Shown here in pieces: positions 8,285 to 17,438 of a stretch of DNA of 64,000 bases. How positions within the stretch are numbered: position 1 is the first letter of the stretch; the number at the start of each line of letters is the position of its first letter. A model generated the notes under the pieces. It made no database searches and was not told where the DNA came from. It worked only from the letters and a program-made list of their open reading frames with translations. This DNA comes from Candidatus Woesearchaeota archaeon (lineage in GTDB: Archaea; Nanobdellota; Nanobdellia; Woesearchaeales; UBA9642): the NCBI GenBank assembly GCA_016928115.1, contig JAFGLI010000019.1, positions 5,066-69,065 of the forward strand, read 5' to 3'. The translations under genes and the position numbers were made by a program.

Positions 8285-9525
8285 TTCTGAACCCTCCTGA
8301 ATATCAAATCAAAAAACACGCCTACCCAGATAAATCCCATAAGAAGATAATAAAACAGGAAATATGTAAACAAGCTGAAAACCCCTTTCCTGAACATCCT
8401 CTCATTTGCATTCCTGATTGAGTTTACAAAAAATATCAGGCTCATCATAATCATAGTCATTATTGTTATCAAAGCCATATAATCAAGGTCAAGAATACTG
8501 AAGTTCAGGCTGAAATTGTATATGAAAGTCATGAAATCAAAATCCACAGAGGCAAAATTAAAAAGGTTGCTCACTAAAGGCGGGATTATTCTATTAATCA
8601 TCAGAAATAAAAGTATGATAACAATAACTCCGGATAATATTATTGAAGGCATCTGCAGCATGCCAAAATTTCCGTATTCCTTCCTGAAAAGCATTCTCCT
8701 GTAATTTATAACATTCAGTGTAGAGCCCTTGAACCATCGGTTTCTCTGTTTTACCACGCCCCGTATGTCCTTTGGCGCTATTGTATAAACTTCAGTATCA
8801 TAAGTCTGCACAACCCTGTACTTGTGCTTGTGCATCCTGAAAACAATCTCAAGGTCCTCTGTAAGGTTGTTCTCATCAAAACCACCTAATTTTTCAAGAA
8901 TGGATTTCCTGTATATTGAAAAAGGACCCGGAGCAACATGAATACAGTTTAATGCATTCATAAGTTTTTTATAGAACATGTTTATCAGGTACTCATACCA
9001 TTGTATCTTCTGTATATTTGATTCTGCTTTTTTTATCTTCATCAGAGGCAGAACAGCCGCCATATTCCTGTCAGCATAAAAATAAGGAAGCATCTTTTTC
9101 AGGGCATCTTTTCTTACAAAAGAATCAGCATCCAGACACACAAAAAAATCTCCTCTTGACTCTTTTAACCCCAGATTGAGGGCCTTTCCCTTTCCGCCGT
9201 TCTTTTTGCTTATGAGCCTCAGGGGCTGTTCTGGATTGTCCTTTATTATTCTTTTTACTATATTTTTAGTATGGTCTGTAGAGCCGTCATTTACAACCAT
9301 TATCTCCATTTTATCTTTCGGATAATCCAGGTCAAACAAAGACATTATGCTGCCTTTTATTGAGTCTTCCTCATTATATGCGGGAAGGACTACAGAAACA
9401 AAAGGATAGTTTTTTATGGGCTTTTTTTCAGGATAATGCTTGTTTTCAAAAATGACCATAATCCAGAATACTCCAAGATACAAAGAGATGAAATACACTG
9501 TCCAAAATAATATATTAAGTATCAT
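8278..9525 (-). CDS. Processive family-2 glycosyltransferase (PgaC/NodC/cellulose-synthase-like) with flanking TM helices
   Basis: 'VVLPAYNEEDSI', 'MVVNDGSTD', 'CLDADS' (DxD) and 'QRNRWFKG' (the QxxRW motif of processive beta-glycosyltransferases); N- and C-terminal TM segments. Confidence 0.8.
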   Translation of the reverse strand: MILNILFWTVYFISLYLGVFWIMVIFENKHYPEKKPIKNYPFVSVVLPAYNEEDSIKGSIMSLFDLDYPKDKMEIMVVNDGSTDHTKNIVKRIIKDNPEQPLRLISKKNGGKGKALNLGLKESRGDFFVCLDADSFVRKDALKKMLPYFYADRNMAAVLPLMKIKKAESNIQKIQWYEYLINMFYKKLMNALNCIHVAPGPFSIYRKSILEKLGGFDENNLTEDLEIVFRMHKHKYRVVQTYDTEVYTIAPKDIRGVVKQRNRWFKGSTLNVINYRRMLFRKEYGNFGMLQMPSIILSGVIVIILLFLMINRIIPPLVSNLFNFASVDFDFMTFIYNFSLNFSILDLDYMALITIMTMIMMSLIFFVNSIRNANERMFRKGVFSLFTYFLFYYLLMGFIWVGVFFDLIFRRVQKW

Positions 9526-9533
9526 TGCTATTA

Positions 9534-10925
9534 TCAGGGATTATATTCCCACAGCTCAACCTCATTGAAGTCCCTGATTTTAATAAACTTTTCGTTATAG
9601 TGCAATAAAAACAACAATCCCTTCAGGGGCCTTGGCCATATCTCCTCCCTGCTTTTTTCATCTATAATTATGTATTTTATATCATTCTCATCGAAAATCC
9701 TGCTTGTGGTCTGTATGTTCTGCGAATCGAACAATGAATAGAATTCTTCGTATTTCTTTGGCTTTGTGTGCTTATATTCATAATACAATGCAGGCTCCCT
9801 TTCTGCAATATGCTTGATGAACATGTCATTCTGAGGACGGGACAATACTTTATAGTCGGGGTCAGAATGCTTTTTCAGGTACAATAATGCTTTTTCCATA
9901 TCAATAGAAGGCTCTTCTGTAGTAAGGGAGGAAAGGGTGAAAACAGTGGAGAAAACAATACTGAATATTATGATTGAAATTACAAAATCTTTCAGCAGGG
10001 AGAAATCCCAGTACCTTTCAATAAGATAAATCATTCCTGATGAAGCATAGAACACCATGACAAGATTGCAGAAAAGCCTTGCCGAAGGGCTGAAAAAAGA
10101 GATTACAAGCAATGCAAAAAATGCCAGGTGGGGCAGGACAAAATAAAACGACCTTTTCCAGTTTACTGAAATTCCAAGGATGAAAAGTATGACAAGGAAA
10201 ACAGGAAAGCCTGTATATGAGCCTATTTCAGAGAAATAATTTGCAATTCCTATGTTGGGGTCAAAAAAGTTAAGTATGTTATTGTTGAAAACAAGCAAGC
10301 CAAGCAAAAAGGCTGTGAAAGGAAATATTATTAGGAAGAGCCAGGACTTTGATTTCCTGTATTCCGACATATATAAAAGATAAAAGGAAAAAAACAGGAG
10401 CATTATGACAAATGAGAATATTTCAGTAAAAGCAAGAAGGGCAACCAACACAGATGATTCAATGAGGCGGTTCTTAAGGGCTAATAATACTACTGATAGT
10501 GAAATTACCATTATAAATGAATAAGGGGTAAACGCAGTTGAAATGAAAATGATAAAAGGAGAAACTGTGAAAAAAAGCATTCCCAGAAATAACTCATTCC
10601 GGTTGATTTTCGGATTTATTTTTGATTTTATCTCAAGCACGATAAAATAAAAAAGGACAAAGCTTAACAACCCAAATAAAAGGGGAAGCGCCTGTGTTAT
10701 GAAGTTTAATGTGAATGCCTTTTCCAGCACGATTATGATAAAATGGAAAAGGTTGAAGTTATTAATATTTATTGCTGAAGGTATGTTGTTAAGATGGATG
10801 TATGACTCATAAGTAAAGGTATGGGTGTGCCCCTGAATATTCCTGAGCCTCGGGGGTATAAGTATGAGGATTACAAATACAAAAAACAATGCCAAAAGCC
10901 ATTTTTTGTCTTTCATTTTCCACAC
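9534..10925 (-). CDS. Polytopic membrane protein with a C-terminal soluble domain, probably GT-C-like; part of the glycan operon
   Basis: About 10 predicted TM helices followed by a roughly 130-aa hydrophilic tail; tightly packed, same strand, between GT2 and GT-C genes. Confidence 0.4.
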   Translation of the reverse strand: MWKMKDKKWLLALFFVFVILILIPPRLRNIQGHTHTFTYESYIHLNNIPSAININNFNLFHFIIIVLEKAFTLNFITQALPLLFGLLSFVLFYFIVLEIKSKINPKINRNELFLGMLFFTVSPFIIFISTAFTPYSFIMVISLSVVLLALKNRLIESSVLVALLAFTEIFSFVIMLLFFSFYLLYMSEYRKSKSWLFLIIFPFTAFLLGLLVFNNNILNFFDPNIGIANYFSEIGSYTGFPVFLVILFILGISVNWKRSFYFVLPHLAFFALLVISFFSPSARLFCNLVMVFYASSGMIYLIERYWDFSLLKDFVISIIIFSIVFSTVFTLSSLTTEEPSIDMEKALLYLKKHSDPDYKVLSRPQNDMFIKHIAEREPALYYEYKHTKPKKYEEFYSLFDSQNIQTTSRIFDENDIKYIIIDEKSREEIWPRPLKGLLFLLHYNEKFIKIRDFNEVELWEYNP

Positions 10926-12418
10926 CTGTATTCATAAATCTCTATCATGGGCTCCCCAATATTTGACCCATATAGCAAATCAAAACATAAAGGGTCATCT
11001 TTTGTATAGACTATATCTTTTATATTAAATTCATCTTTTATTGAATCTGATAGATATATATAATCAACCCCGTAATAATTGAGCTTCTCTGCTGCCGGGC
11101 TCTCTAATCTTGATGCGTATATTATCCTTATGTCCTGCAGCCTCGTACTTACGTCGTTTATGAGCAGAAAGTTGTTATCTGCAATATTCTTAGTGTTGGA
11201 ATAATAGTTAAGTATATATCCCTTGTCTGCTGTTATGAGGGTTGTTTCTGACGGGTTTGAATGCTCTTTCAGCCATATAAAGGAATCAACCTCGCTTTCT
11301 GTGGGTGTCTTTTTCAGGGAGTCCCGGGCTGCCTTGACTGAGCTGAAACCTGATGAAAGCAGGAATATGCTTACAAAGAATATCAGGAGGAACCTGTATA
11401 TGAATGAAATCTTTGTCTTATGAAAATAAAGGTAAAATGTCTTCAGTGTGAATGATGATGCAATAACCATCAGTAATGATAATATTAATAATCCTGTCTT
11501 TAATTCTATTAATGTGAAGAAAAGAAGGACAAATATCAAGGAAGAGATTGCGGTTATAAGGAAAACAATCTTGTTTTTTCTTTCATGGAACGCAAAATAC
11601 ATCGCCAATACGCCCAGTATTAAGGGGAGTATGCCTATATATGCAAACATCTGCGGGAAACTGAGATTTATGAAATATTCCCTCAGAACAGTCTGGGGAA
11701 GGTTCTTCCATATAACCCTTATGCCGTGGTTCACAAGCGCGTTTTTGTATATCAGGAGGTTTGCCCAGACTGAAAGGAACAATGCAAAAAGAACCCACTC
11801 AATCCTCCCCGTCCTTACCTGCTTCTGCTCTATCCTGCATATTGCAACGTATATTAAAAGACCCAATACCAAAATAAAGACTAAAGGTGAAGAGAAAACT
11901 AACAGAATGAGTAAGAATATTGACCAGTTAAGGTGGTTTTTGTTTTCAAGGTTTAAAAATAAGAGTAAAATTATGAATGTGATGATTATTGAAAAATAGT
12001 CTGTTGTGAGTGTGTTTATGTCAAGAAACCAGACAGGTATGAACACGGATAGGAAAGATGTGACTAATGAAATCTCCTTGTTTTTTGTGATTTTATGTGA
12101 AAAAAAGTAGATTATGAATATTATAGATGAAGCTAAAATATTGGGGATGAGTTTGACTGCTATTGTAATGGGCATAAAAAGGCTGAAGAATGCAAGGAAA
12201 TAATAATATGCCGGAGTGAATAAGAAAGTTCTTCCCTGGTATGATAAAGGGTCATTGAACAAAGGCATTCCTGTCTTGGATATATGTTCGATTTGTCTTA
12301 GGGCAAAATAAGCATCATAGTCCATGTATTGTGTTTGGAAAGCAAAGAATAATCTTAAAGATAAAACTACAAAGAAAAATACCCATAACCACACCCATGG
12401 CTTTTTTATACTTCTCAT
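10913..12418 (-). CDS. GT-C fold glycosyltransferase-like polytopic membrane protein (STT3/ArnT superfamily, N-terminal DxD loop)
   Basis: N-terminal loop 'YMDYDAYFALRQIEHISKTGMPLFNDPLSYQGRTF' resembles the STT3/AglB/ArnT first periplasmic loop (DxD...R...DP.SY.GR). Many TM helices, C-terminal soluble domain. No WWDYG motif was seen, so I do not call it AglB. Confidence 0.45.
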   Translation of the reverse strand: MRSIKKPWVWLWVFFFVVLSLRLFFAFQTQYMDYDAYFALRQIEHISKTGMPLFNDPLSYQGRTFLFTPAYYYFLAFFSLFMPITIAVKLIPNILASSIIFIIYFFSHKITKNKEISLVTSFLSVFIPVWFLDINTLTTDYFSIIITFIILLLFLNLENKNHLNWSIFLLILLVFSSPLVFILVLGLLIYVAICRIEQKQVRTGRIEWVLFALFLSVWANLLIYKNALVNHGIRVIWKNLPQTVLREYFINLSFPQMFAYIGILPLILGVLAMYFAFHERKNKIVFLITAISSLIFVLLFFTLIELKTGLLILSLLMVIASSFTLKTFYLYFHKTKISFIYRFLLIFFVSIFLLSSGFSSVKAARDSLKKTPTESEVDSFIWLKEHSNPSETTLITADKGYILNYYSNTKNIADNNFLLINDVSTRLQDIRIIYASRLESPAAEKLNYYGVDYIYLSDSIKDEFNIKDIVYTKDDPLCFDLLYGSNIGEPMIEIYEYRCGK

Positions 12419-12499
12419 TTATTATAGGGGGAAGTTATGGTTTAAAAATGTTTTTTAATTGGTAATGTTTATAAAGTATATTTATTTTCTGAATATAAA

Positions 12500-12895
12500 A
12501 TGAAAATTGAACATTCCCTTCCTAAGGGAATTAATATGGGGGAAATAAAAGAAAAAAAGAACGATTACCAGAGAAAAATCGGTCTGGATATATTGCTGAC
12601 AAAAAAACCCATACGAAGAGACCAGAAAGGCATTAAATCACTAAAAGAGCTGGAGAGGATTCTGATAGAAAATGACTTCACCATAACATATATGAATGAA
12701 AGAAGAATTTTGAGGGTTCAGAGGATTATTCAGGGAATACGCGAAGAAAGAACTGATTATCCGACTTTTTACACTATAAAAATGGGGAATACGCCCAGGC
12801 ACATAAGACTAAGGGTAAAAAGCCCCATAAACAACAAAGACCCCGAGAAGCTTGTGGATATTTTATCTGAGTATGTTAAGCATTTATACAGATAA
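12500..12895 (+). CDS. Hypothetical protein, tandem paralogue A
   Basis: 131 aa; shares 'IGLDILLTK...ITY...RLRV...PE.LVDILSEYVKHLYR' with the adjacent ORF, whose counterparts are 'ISLDLLLTK...IEY...RLMA...LLEISSKFVKSLYK'. Confidence 0.5.
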   Translation: MKIEHSLPKGINMGEIKEKKNDYQRKIGLDILLTKKPIRRDQKGIKSLKELERILIENDFTITYMNERRILRVQRIIQGIREERTDYPTFYTIKMGNTPRHIRLRVKSPINNKDPEKLVDILSEYVKHLYR

Positions 12896-12915
12896 AAAAT
12901 AGAAGGCGATTAAAA

Positions 12916-13281
12916 ATGTATGACGATATAAAAAAACTTTTTCCTGAAGAAGTTAAAATCAATAAATGGGTGGAAAAAGTAGGCGAAAGTGAAAGGGATA
13001 TAAGCCTGGACTTATTGCTGACAAAAAACCCTGTTTGTAATATTAAATTACAGGAACTGCTGACAGAAGAAGGATTTTATATTGAATACAAGGATGAGGC
13101 AAAGCTAAGAAGCCAGGAAATCTATGAAGGAAGATCCTATAAAGAAATGGGACTGACTTCATACAGAATAATAATAACAAACAACTCGTTAAGGCTGATG
13201 GCTCACGGACAGAAAAAGAATAAGGGGCCAGATGTGCTTTTAGAAATTTCTTCAAAATTTGTAAAAAGTTTATATAAATAA
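12916..13281 (+). CDS. Hypothetical protein, tandem paralogue B
   Basis: 121 aa; paralogous to 12500..12895. Confidence 0.5.
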   Translation: MYDDIKKLFPEEVKINKWVEKVGESERDISLDLLLTKNPVCNIKLQELLTEEGFYIEYKDEAKLRSQEIYEGRSYKEMGLTSYRIIITNNSLRLMAHGQKKNKGPDVLLEISSKFVKSLYK

Positions 13282-13324
13282 ATATTAAAAAAATTTATAA
13301 AGTTAGTTAATTAATATTGTTCTG

Positions 13325-14008
13325 ATGGAAAAAATAACTAGCGGCAGTTCTGCTATTGATGAATTGCTTAAGGGGGGCTATGAAAAGGACATTATAACCA
13401 CCATATATGGCCCTGCAGGCTCCGGAAAGACAAACTTATGCTTGGTTGCTGTTAAAGCTTTGGATGATGAAAAGAAAGTATTGTTTATAGACACAGAAGG
13501 GGGTTTTTCTGTTGACAGGTTTAAGCAGATGTGCAAGGATGAAGAAGAGCTTGAAGAAAAGATGAAAAGGATAATGTTCATTACACCAGTCACATTTGAT
13601 GAGCAGAAAAGGATTTTTTCCAAATTAGATGAATATGTTGATGAGAATGTGGGGCTGCTTGTTTTTGACAGCATTGCTATGTTATATAGGCTGGAGATGG
13701 GAAAGGGGAAGAATGTGCAGAAGATTAATAGTTTGTTAGCACAGCAGTTAAGCTGTTTGAGTAAGATAGCGAGGGATAAGAACATTCCTGTCCTGATTAC
13801 CAACCAGGTTTATGCTGATTTTGAGAATAAAAATAATGTCAAGATGGTTGGCGGTGATTTGTTAAAATACCAAAGCAAGTGTCTGATTGAATTACAGAAT
13901 TTAAAAGGCTCTAACAGAATGGCTGTTATTAGGAAGCACAGGTCCCTGCCAGAGGGCAGGAAAGTCAAGTTTAAGATTATTAATAAGGGTATTGAAAAGG
14001 CTGAATAA
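13325..14008 (+). CDS. radB: RadB, a RecA/RadA-family recombinase paralogue
   Basis: Walker A 'GPAGSGKTNLC' and Walker B 'LLVFDSIA'. About 227 aa, with no N-terminal HhH domain, which fits archaeal RadB rather than RadA. Confidence 0.75.
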   Translation: MEKITSGSSAIDELLKGGYEKDIITTIYGPAGSGKTNLCLVAVKALDDEKKVLFIDTEGGFSVDRFKQMCKDEEELEEKMKRIMFITPVTFDEQKRIFSKLDEYVDENVGLLVFDSIAMLYRLEMGKGKNVQKINSLLAQQLSCLSKIARDKNIPVLITNQVYADFENKNNVKMVGGDLLKYQSKCLIELQNLKGSNRMAVIRKHRSLPEGRKVKFKIINKGIEKAE

Positions 14009-14025
14009 ACTTTTGGGGTGAGAAA

Positions 14026-14514
14026 ATGCCTGCATGCGATATGTGCGGTAAGACAATAGACAGAATCTATAAGACCATGGTTGAAGGTGTTTTAATGGAT
14101 TTGTGTGATGACTGCTCTAAGTTTGGTGAAGTTGTTTCTGAAAGAAATGTTTTGATAGAGAAAAAGAAGAAGAAAATTAAAGAGAAAAAAGAAATTAAAA
14201 GAGAAGAAGATGAAAAACAACCTGAAATTGTACAAGTTATTGTTGATAACTATGGTAAATTAATAAGAGATAAAAGAGAGAGAAAAGGATTAAAGCAGGA
14301 AGAATTAGCCAATAAATTAAAGGAAAAAGAATCTGTAATCAAAAAACTGGAAAAAGAAGAACTAGAACCTTCTATTAAACTGGCAAAGAAACTTGAATCT
14401 TTCTTCAATATAAAATTAATTGAAGAAGTTAAATTAAAGGAAAATATCTTACAAAAACTAAAAAAAGAAAACAATGACAAAGGAGATGAGTTGACTTTAG
14501 GGGATTTGATGTAG
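14026..14514 (+). CDS. Archaeal multiprotein-bridging factor 1 (aMBF1): N-terminal Zn ribbon plus C-terminal XRE HTH
   Basis: 'MPACDMCGK...DLCDDCSKFG' (C4 ribbon) and C-terminal 'GLKQEELANKLKEKESVIKKLEKEELEPSIKLAKKLESFFNIKLIE', matching the aMBF1 HTH. Confidence 0.8.
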   Translation: MPACDMCGKTIDRIYKTMVEGVLMDLCDDCSKFGEVVSERNVLIEKKKKKIKEKKEIKREEDEKQPEIVQVIVDNYGKLIRDKRERKGLKQEELANKLKEKESVIKKLEKEELEPSIKLAKKLESFFNIKLIEEVKLKENILQKLKKENNDKGDELTLGDLM

Positions 14515-14561
14515 GGGAAAAATACAAAAAACATTATATATGAGAAAAACATTCTGGGATT

Positions 14562-15164
14562 ATGGGGAAAGATATAAAAAAGAGATTTAAAAAAAAATTT
14601 AAGAATTTCATGAAGAATTATGGCACTGTCCTTCTTGCTATCGCTACTCTTATTATGGCATTAGGAGTATTTTACCAAGCTGAAGAAGCTAGAAGATTAG
14701 CAGATATAACTTCTCAACAATTCAGACCTGATTTAATGATTAAAATAAATAGTCCTAAAATTCCTATGGTTTGTGGAATAAATAATAGTGAATGTAAAAA
14801 AGCAGATTATATATGGATTCAAAAAAATGATTTTGTTAAATTTAAAGAAACTTTTACGAATGATGTTTTTATTCCTTTATATATATCTATTTACAATTTA
14901 GGTACTATGCCTGTTAAGTTTGAAAAACTATCTTATGATTTAGAATGTAAAAAGTATGTGAACCACAGAGATAAGATTAGTTTACTTTCAAATATAACCA
15001 CTGTAATCGAATCTGCAAAATTCATAGAGTTTAATAAACTTATACCTTTAATTTATAAAGAAGGGTCTAGAGAAAAAGAGGAAGACTGTAATTTAAAACT
15101 TATATTTGAATTTAGTAAAAATCTCACTAAAACAAAAACAATTTTAGTTAAAATTGGGGAATAA
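14562..15164 (+). CDS. Hypothetical membrane-anchored protein
   Basis: Basic N-terminus followed by one TM helix (VLLAIATLIMALGVFY); no recognisable domain. Confidence 0.4.
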   Translation: MGKDIKKRFKKKFKNFMKNYGTVLLAIATLIMALGVFYQAEEARRLADITSQQFRPDLMIKINSPKIPMVCGINNSECKKADYIWIQKNDFVKFKETFTNDVFIPLYISIYNLGTMPVKFEKLSYDLECKKYVNHRDKISLLSNITTVIESAKFIEFNKLIPLIYKEGSREKEEDCNLKLIFEFSKNLTKTKTILVKIGE

Positions 15165-15218
15165 AATATTTATTTAGAAACTTTTTTATATAAATTCCAT
15201 TTTTATTAAAAAAATAAG

Positions 15219-15767
15219 GTGTGTTGTATGGAAATAAAACATTTGATAATTATTAGTTTGATTATAATATCATTATTTTTATCTTTGCCAGTAATAGTTA
15301 AAACAAGAGATATTGTAACTTTTAATTCAGAAGGAATTCGTCTCACAAAAAAAGAAAGCATTTATGGAGACAGAAATTACTGTGAATATGATAAATGCTC
15401 AGATCCTAAATGTTTAGATCCTGAAGATCTACCAAAAGATTTACAAGATTATAAAATTTGTTTCTGTTGTATTGCATTTGAATATGAAGGAAAAGATAAT
15501 GGAAAAAAAATATGGGAAGTAGAAGAATATAGATTAAAAATTTTTTATATAGAAGATGAAAAAGAAAAAGAAAAACCTTTTTTCATTTCTGATATATCAA
15601 CAAAAATTTCATTACCTAATAAAGAAAATGTAAAAATTTCAATTGATAAAAGTTATACAAAGCCATATTATTATAAAGAAAACTATCCTGACGAATTGAA
15701 AATATATTTTGAAAGAATAAGAATTAACTATCGAGCTTTATTGAGTTGGATTACTTCAAAAACATAA
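15219..15767 (+). CDS. Hypothetical secreted or membrane-anchored Cys-rich protein
   Basis: Signal/TM segment IIISLIIISLFLSLPVIV; several Cys pairs (CEYDKCSDPKC, CFCC). Confidence 0.4.
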   Translation: MCCMEIKHLIIISLIIISLFLSLPVIVKTRDIVTFNSEGIRLTKKESIYGDRNYCEYDKCSDPKCLDPEDLPKDLQDYKICFCCIAFEYEGKDNGKKIWEVEEYRLKIFYIEDEKEKEKPFFISDISTKISLPNKENVKISIDKSYTKPYYYKENYPDELKIYFERIRINYRALLSWITSKT

Positions 15768-16229
15768 TTATAACTTCTTGCTTTTAATTTTAGATTTAAC
15801 AGATTCTCTGAACTTACAAAAATCATTCCAGATTTTATTGAAACCAATTTCTTGAATTTTTTCATAAGCCATAACAACTTCCTTTGGAGCATCTTTTGTA
15901 AAATGTGCTATGGTATTATCCCTGAGTTCCTTAATATATTTCCATGAGTCTGGGTATTCAATTGTGTCTTCAAATTTTTTATATGCAATCCAGTAAAAAT
16001 TCCTTATATCTAAAATAAAAAAGTCCATGAGGGGTTCAGAAGGTCTAATACCTCTTTCTTTGATTACTGATTTGTAAGATGGATCAAGTTCTTCAGGATG
16101 ATTATCAATAATTTTTGCAAATTGTTTCAAAAAAAAGAGTCTTCTAATAATACACTCAAATGGGAACCATTCATCATATTCTCTATTTCTTAGATCTTGC
16201 AAATATTTCTTCTTTTTTTCTTCATCCAT
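15768..16229 (-). CDS. Hypothetical protein containing an Rx5H motif (possibly HEPN-like)
   Basis: 153 aa, soluble; 'ELRDNTIAHFTKD' fits the HEPN Rx4-6H signature; immediately downstream of a 2-TM protein on the same strand. Confidence 0.35.
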   Translation of the reverse strand: MDEEKKKKYLQDLRNREYDEWFPFECIIRRLFFLKQFAKIIDNHPEELDPSYKSVIKERGIRPSEPLMDFFILDIRNFYWIAYKKFEDTIEYPDSWKYIKELRDNTIAHFTKDAPKEVVMAYEKIQEIGFNKIWNDFCKFRESVKSKIKSKKL

Positions 16230-16252
16230 AAAAAATAATCACCTAACTCAAT

Positions 16253-16555
16253 CTATTTTTTATACTTCATAACTAAATAAGTTATAACAACAGAAAAAAT
16301 AATTAAGATAATCAAACTTAAGTTCAGATATGTTAATCCTACTCTTGCATAATGAGATATATAATGGTCTTCTAATTGATCAATTCCCATAGAAACTCTT
16401 ACATTTCCAAAATAAAGAAATGCTAATCCCCAAGGTAAAATAAACATTGCCCAAAAGAATGCTGTTGTTTTAAATATCTTTTTAATTATATTAGTCATTT
16501 TATTCCTGATTAGATTAAATAATATAAATAATTTATGAAATTGGGATTTTTTCAT
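16253..16555 (-). CDS. Small 2-TM membrane protein
   Basis: Two hydrophobic helices; co-oriented with 15768..16229. Confidence 0.35.
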   Translation of the reverse strand: MKKSQFHKLFILFNLIRNKMTNIIKKIFKTTAFFWAMFILPWGLAFLYFGNVRVSMGIDQLEDHYISHYARVGLTYLNLSLIILIIFSVVITYLVMKYKK

Positions 16556-16587
16556 AAATTTTTTAAATAATCTTTATTTACCCCCTT

Positions 16588-17160
16588 ATGGGGGTTGATA
16601 ATATGAAAAAAATAATGTTTTTAATTTTTATTCTTGCTATTTTATTAATTAGTGGGTGTGCTTCACCTACATACACAAAAGATAATTCTCAAGAAACAAG
16701 CAACCAACAAACAAATACTCAAGAAGAAATAGAACCTAAAGAAAAAGAAATCACTTATATAAGCCTATTGTGGCCCATATCTAAAAACTGGGATTCAGAT
16801 CCGGAAGTAGATGGTATAGAAATAGATTTAACACCATATACAAAAAATGATGAAATGGTTGAAACAGAAGGAATAGTTGAAGTAAAACTATGGGAATATA
16901 CCTGTACTGATTATTCAGAAATGCTTGAAATGTGTATAGAAAAGGATTGTGTTAAATCTGAAGATGCCCTATTAGAAGAATGGAATGTTCCTCTAAAGAA
17001 AGAGGATTTTGATTTTATGGGTGCTACTATAAGAGCAGAATATGAAAAATATGATCCTACAGAAGACGAAAGAAATTATCCACAGGGGTGTATACTAGTA
17101 ACATTAAAAGCCCAGGATAAAGAGTTTTCAGCAGAGGAAGATTCAGTAAGTTTGAAATAA
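16588..17160 (+). CDS. Putative lipoprotein (acidic)
   Basis: Signal peptide ending in the lipobox-like LISGCAS; highly acidic mature region. Confidence 0.5.
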   Translation: MGVDNMKKIMFLIFILAILLISGCASPTYTKDNSQETSNQQTNTQEEIEPKEKEITYISLLWPISKNWDSDPEVDGIEIDLTPYTKNDEMVETEGIVEVKLWEYTCTDYSEMLEMCIEKDCVKSEDALLEEWNVPLKKEDFDFMGATIRAEYEKYDPTEDERNYPQGCILVTLKAQDKEFSAEEDSVSLK

Positions 17161-17196
17161 ATTAATCGTTTTTATCGGGGTCATGAATATCAGAAA

Positions 17197-17409
17197 ATGA
17201 CAAAATGGGAATATAAATTAGTAGATGTAGGAAAAACTCAAGGGGCTGAGACTTTAGATTTTGTAAGCCTGAAGGAAAGCTTGTTAAATGAATATGGAAA
17301 AGAAGGATGGGAATTAATAAACATTATAGGTAAGGACCCAGCTTTTTTTGAATATGTACCACCAGCAGGAAAAGTAGTTTTAGTATTTAAGAGAAAAATT
17401 GAAGAATGA
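17197..17409 (+). CDS. DUF4177-like small protein
   Basis: 'MTKWEYKLVDVG...EYGKEGWELINI' matches the DUF4177 signature (WEYK...G.EGWELV). Confidence 0.5.
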   Translation: MTKWEYKLVDVGKTQGAETLDFVSLKESLLNEYGKEGWELINIIGKDPAFFEYVPPAGKVVLVFKRKIEE

Positions 17410-17438
17410 TATATAATTTCATAATATACTAATCAAAA

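Noticed and set aside
11448-11999. A 183-aa + strand ORF within the GT-C membrane protein gene
   Set aside because: It lies antisense to a 501-aa polytopic membrane protein ORF that has a conserved DxD loop, and has no features of its own.
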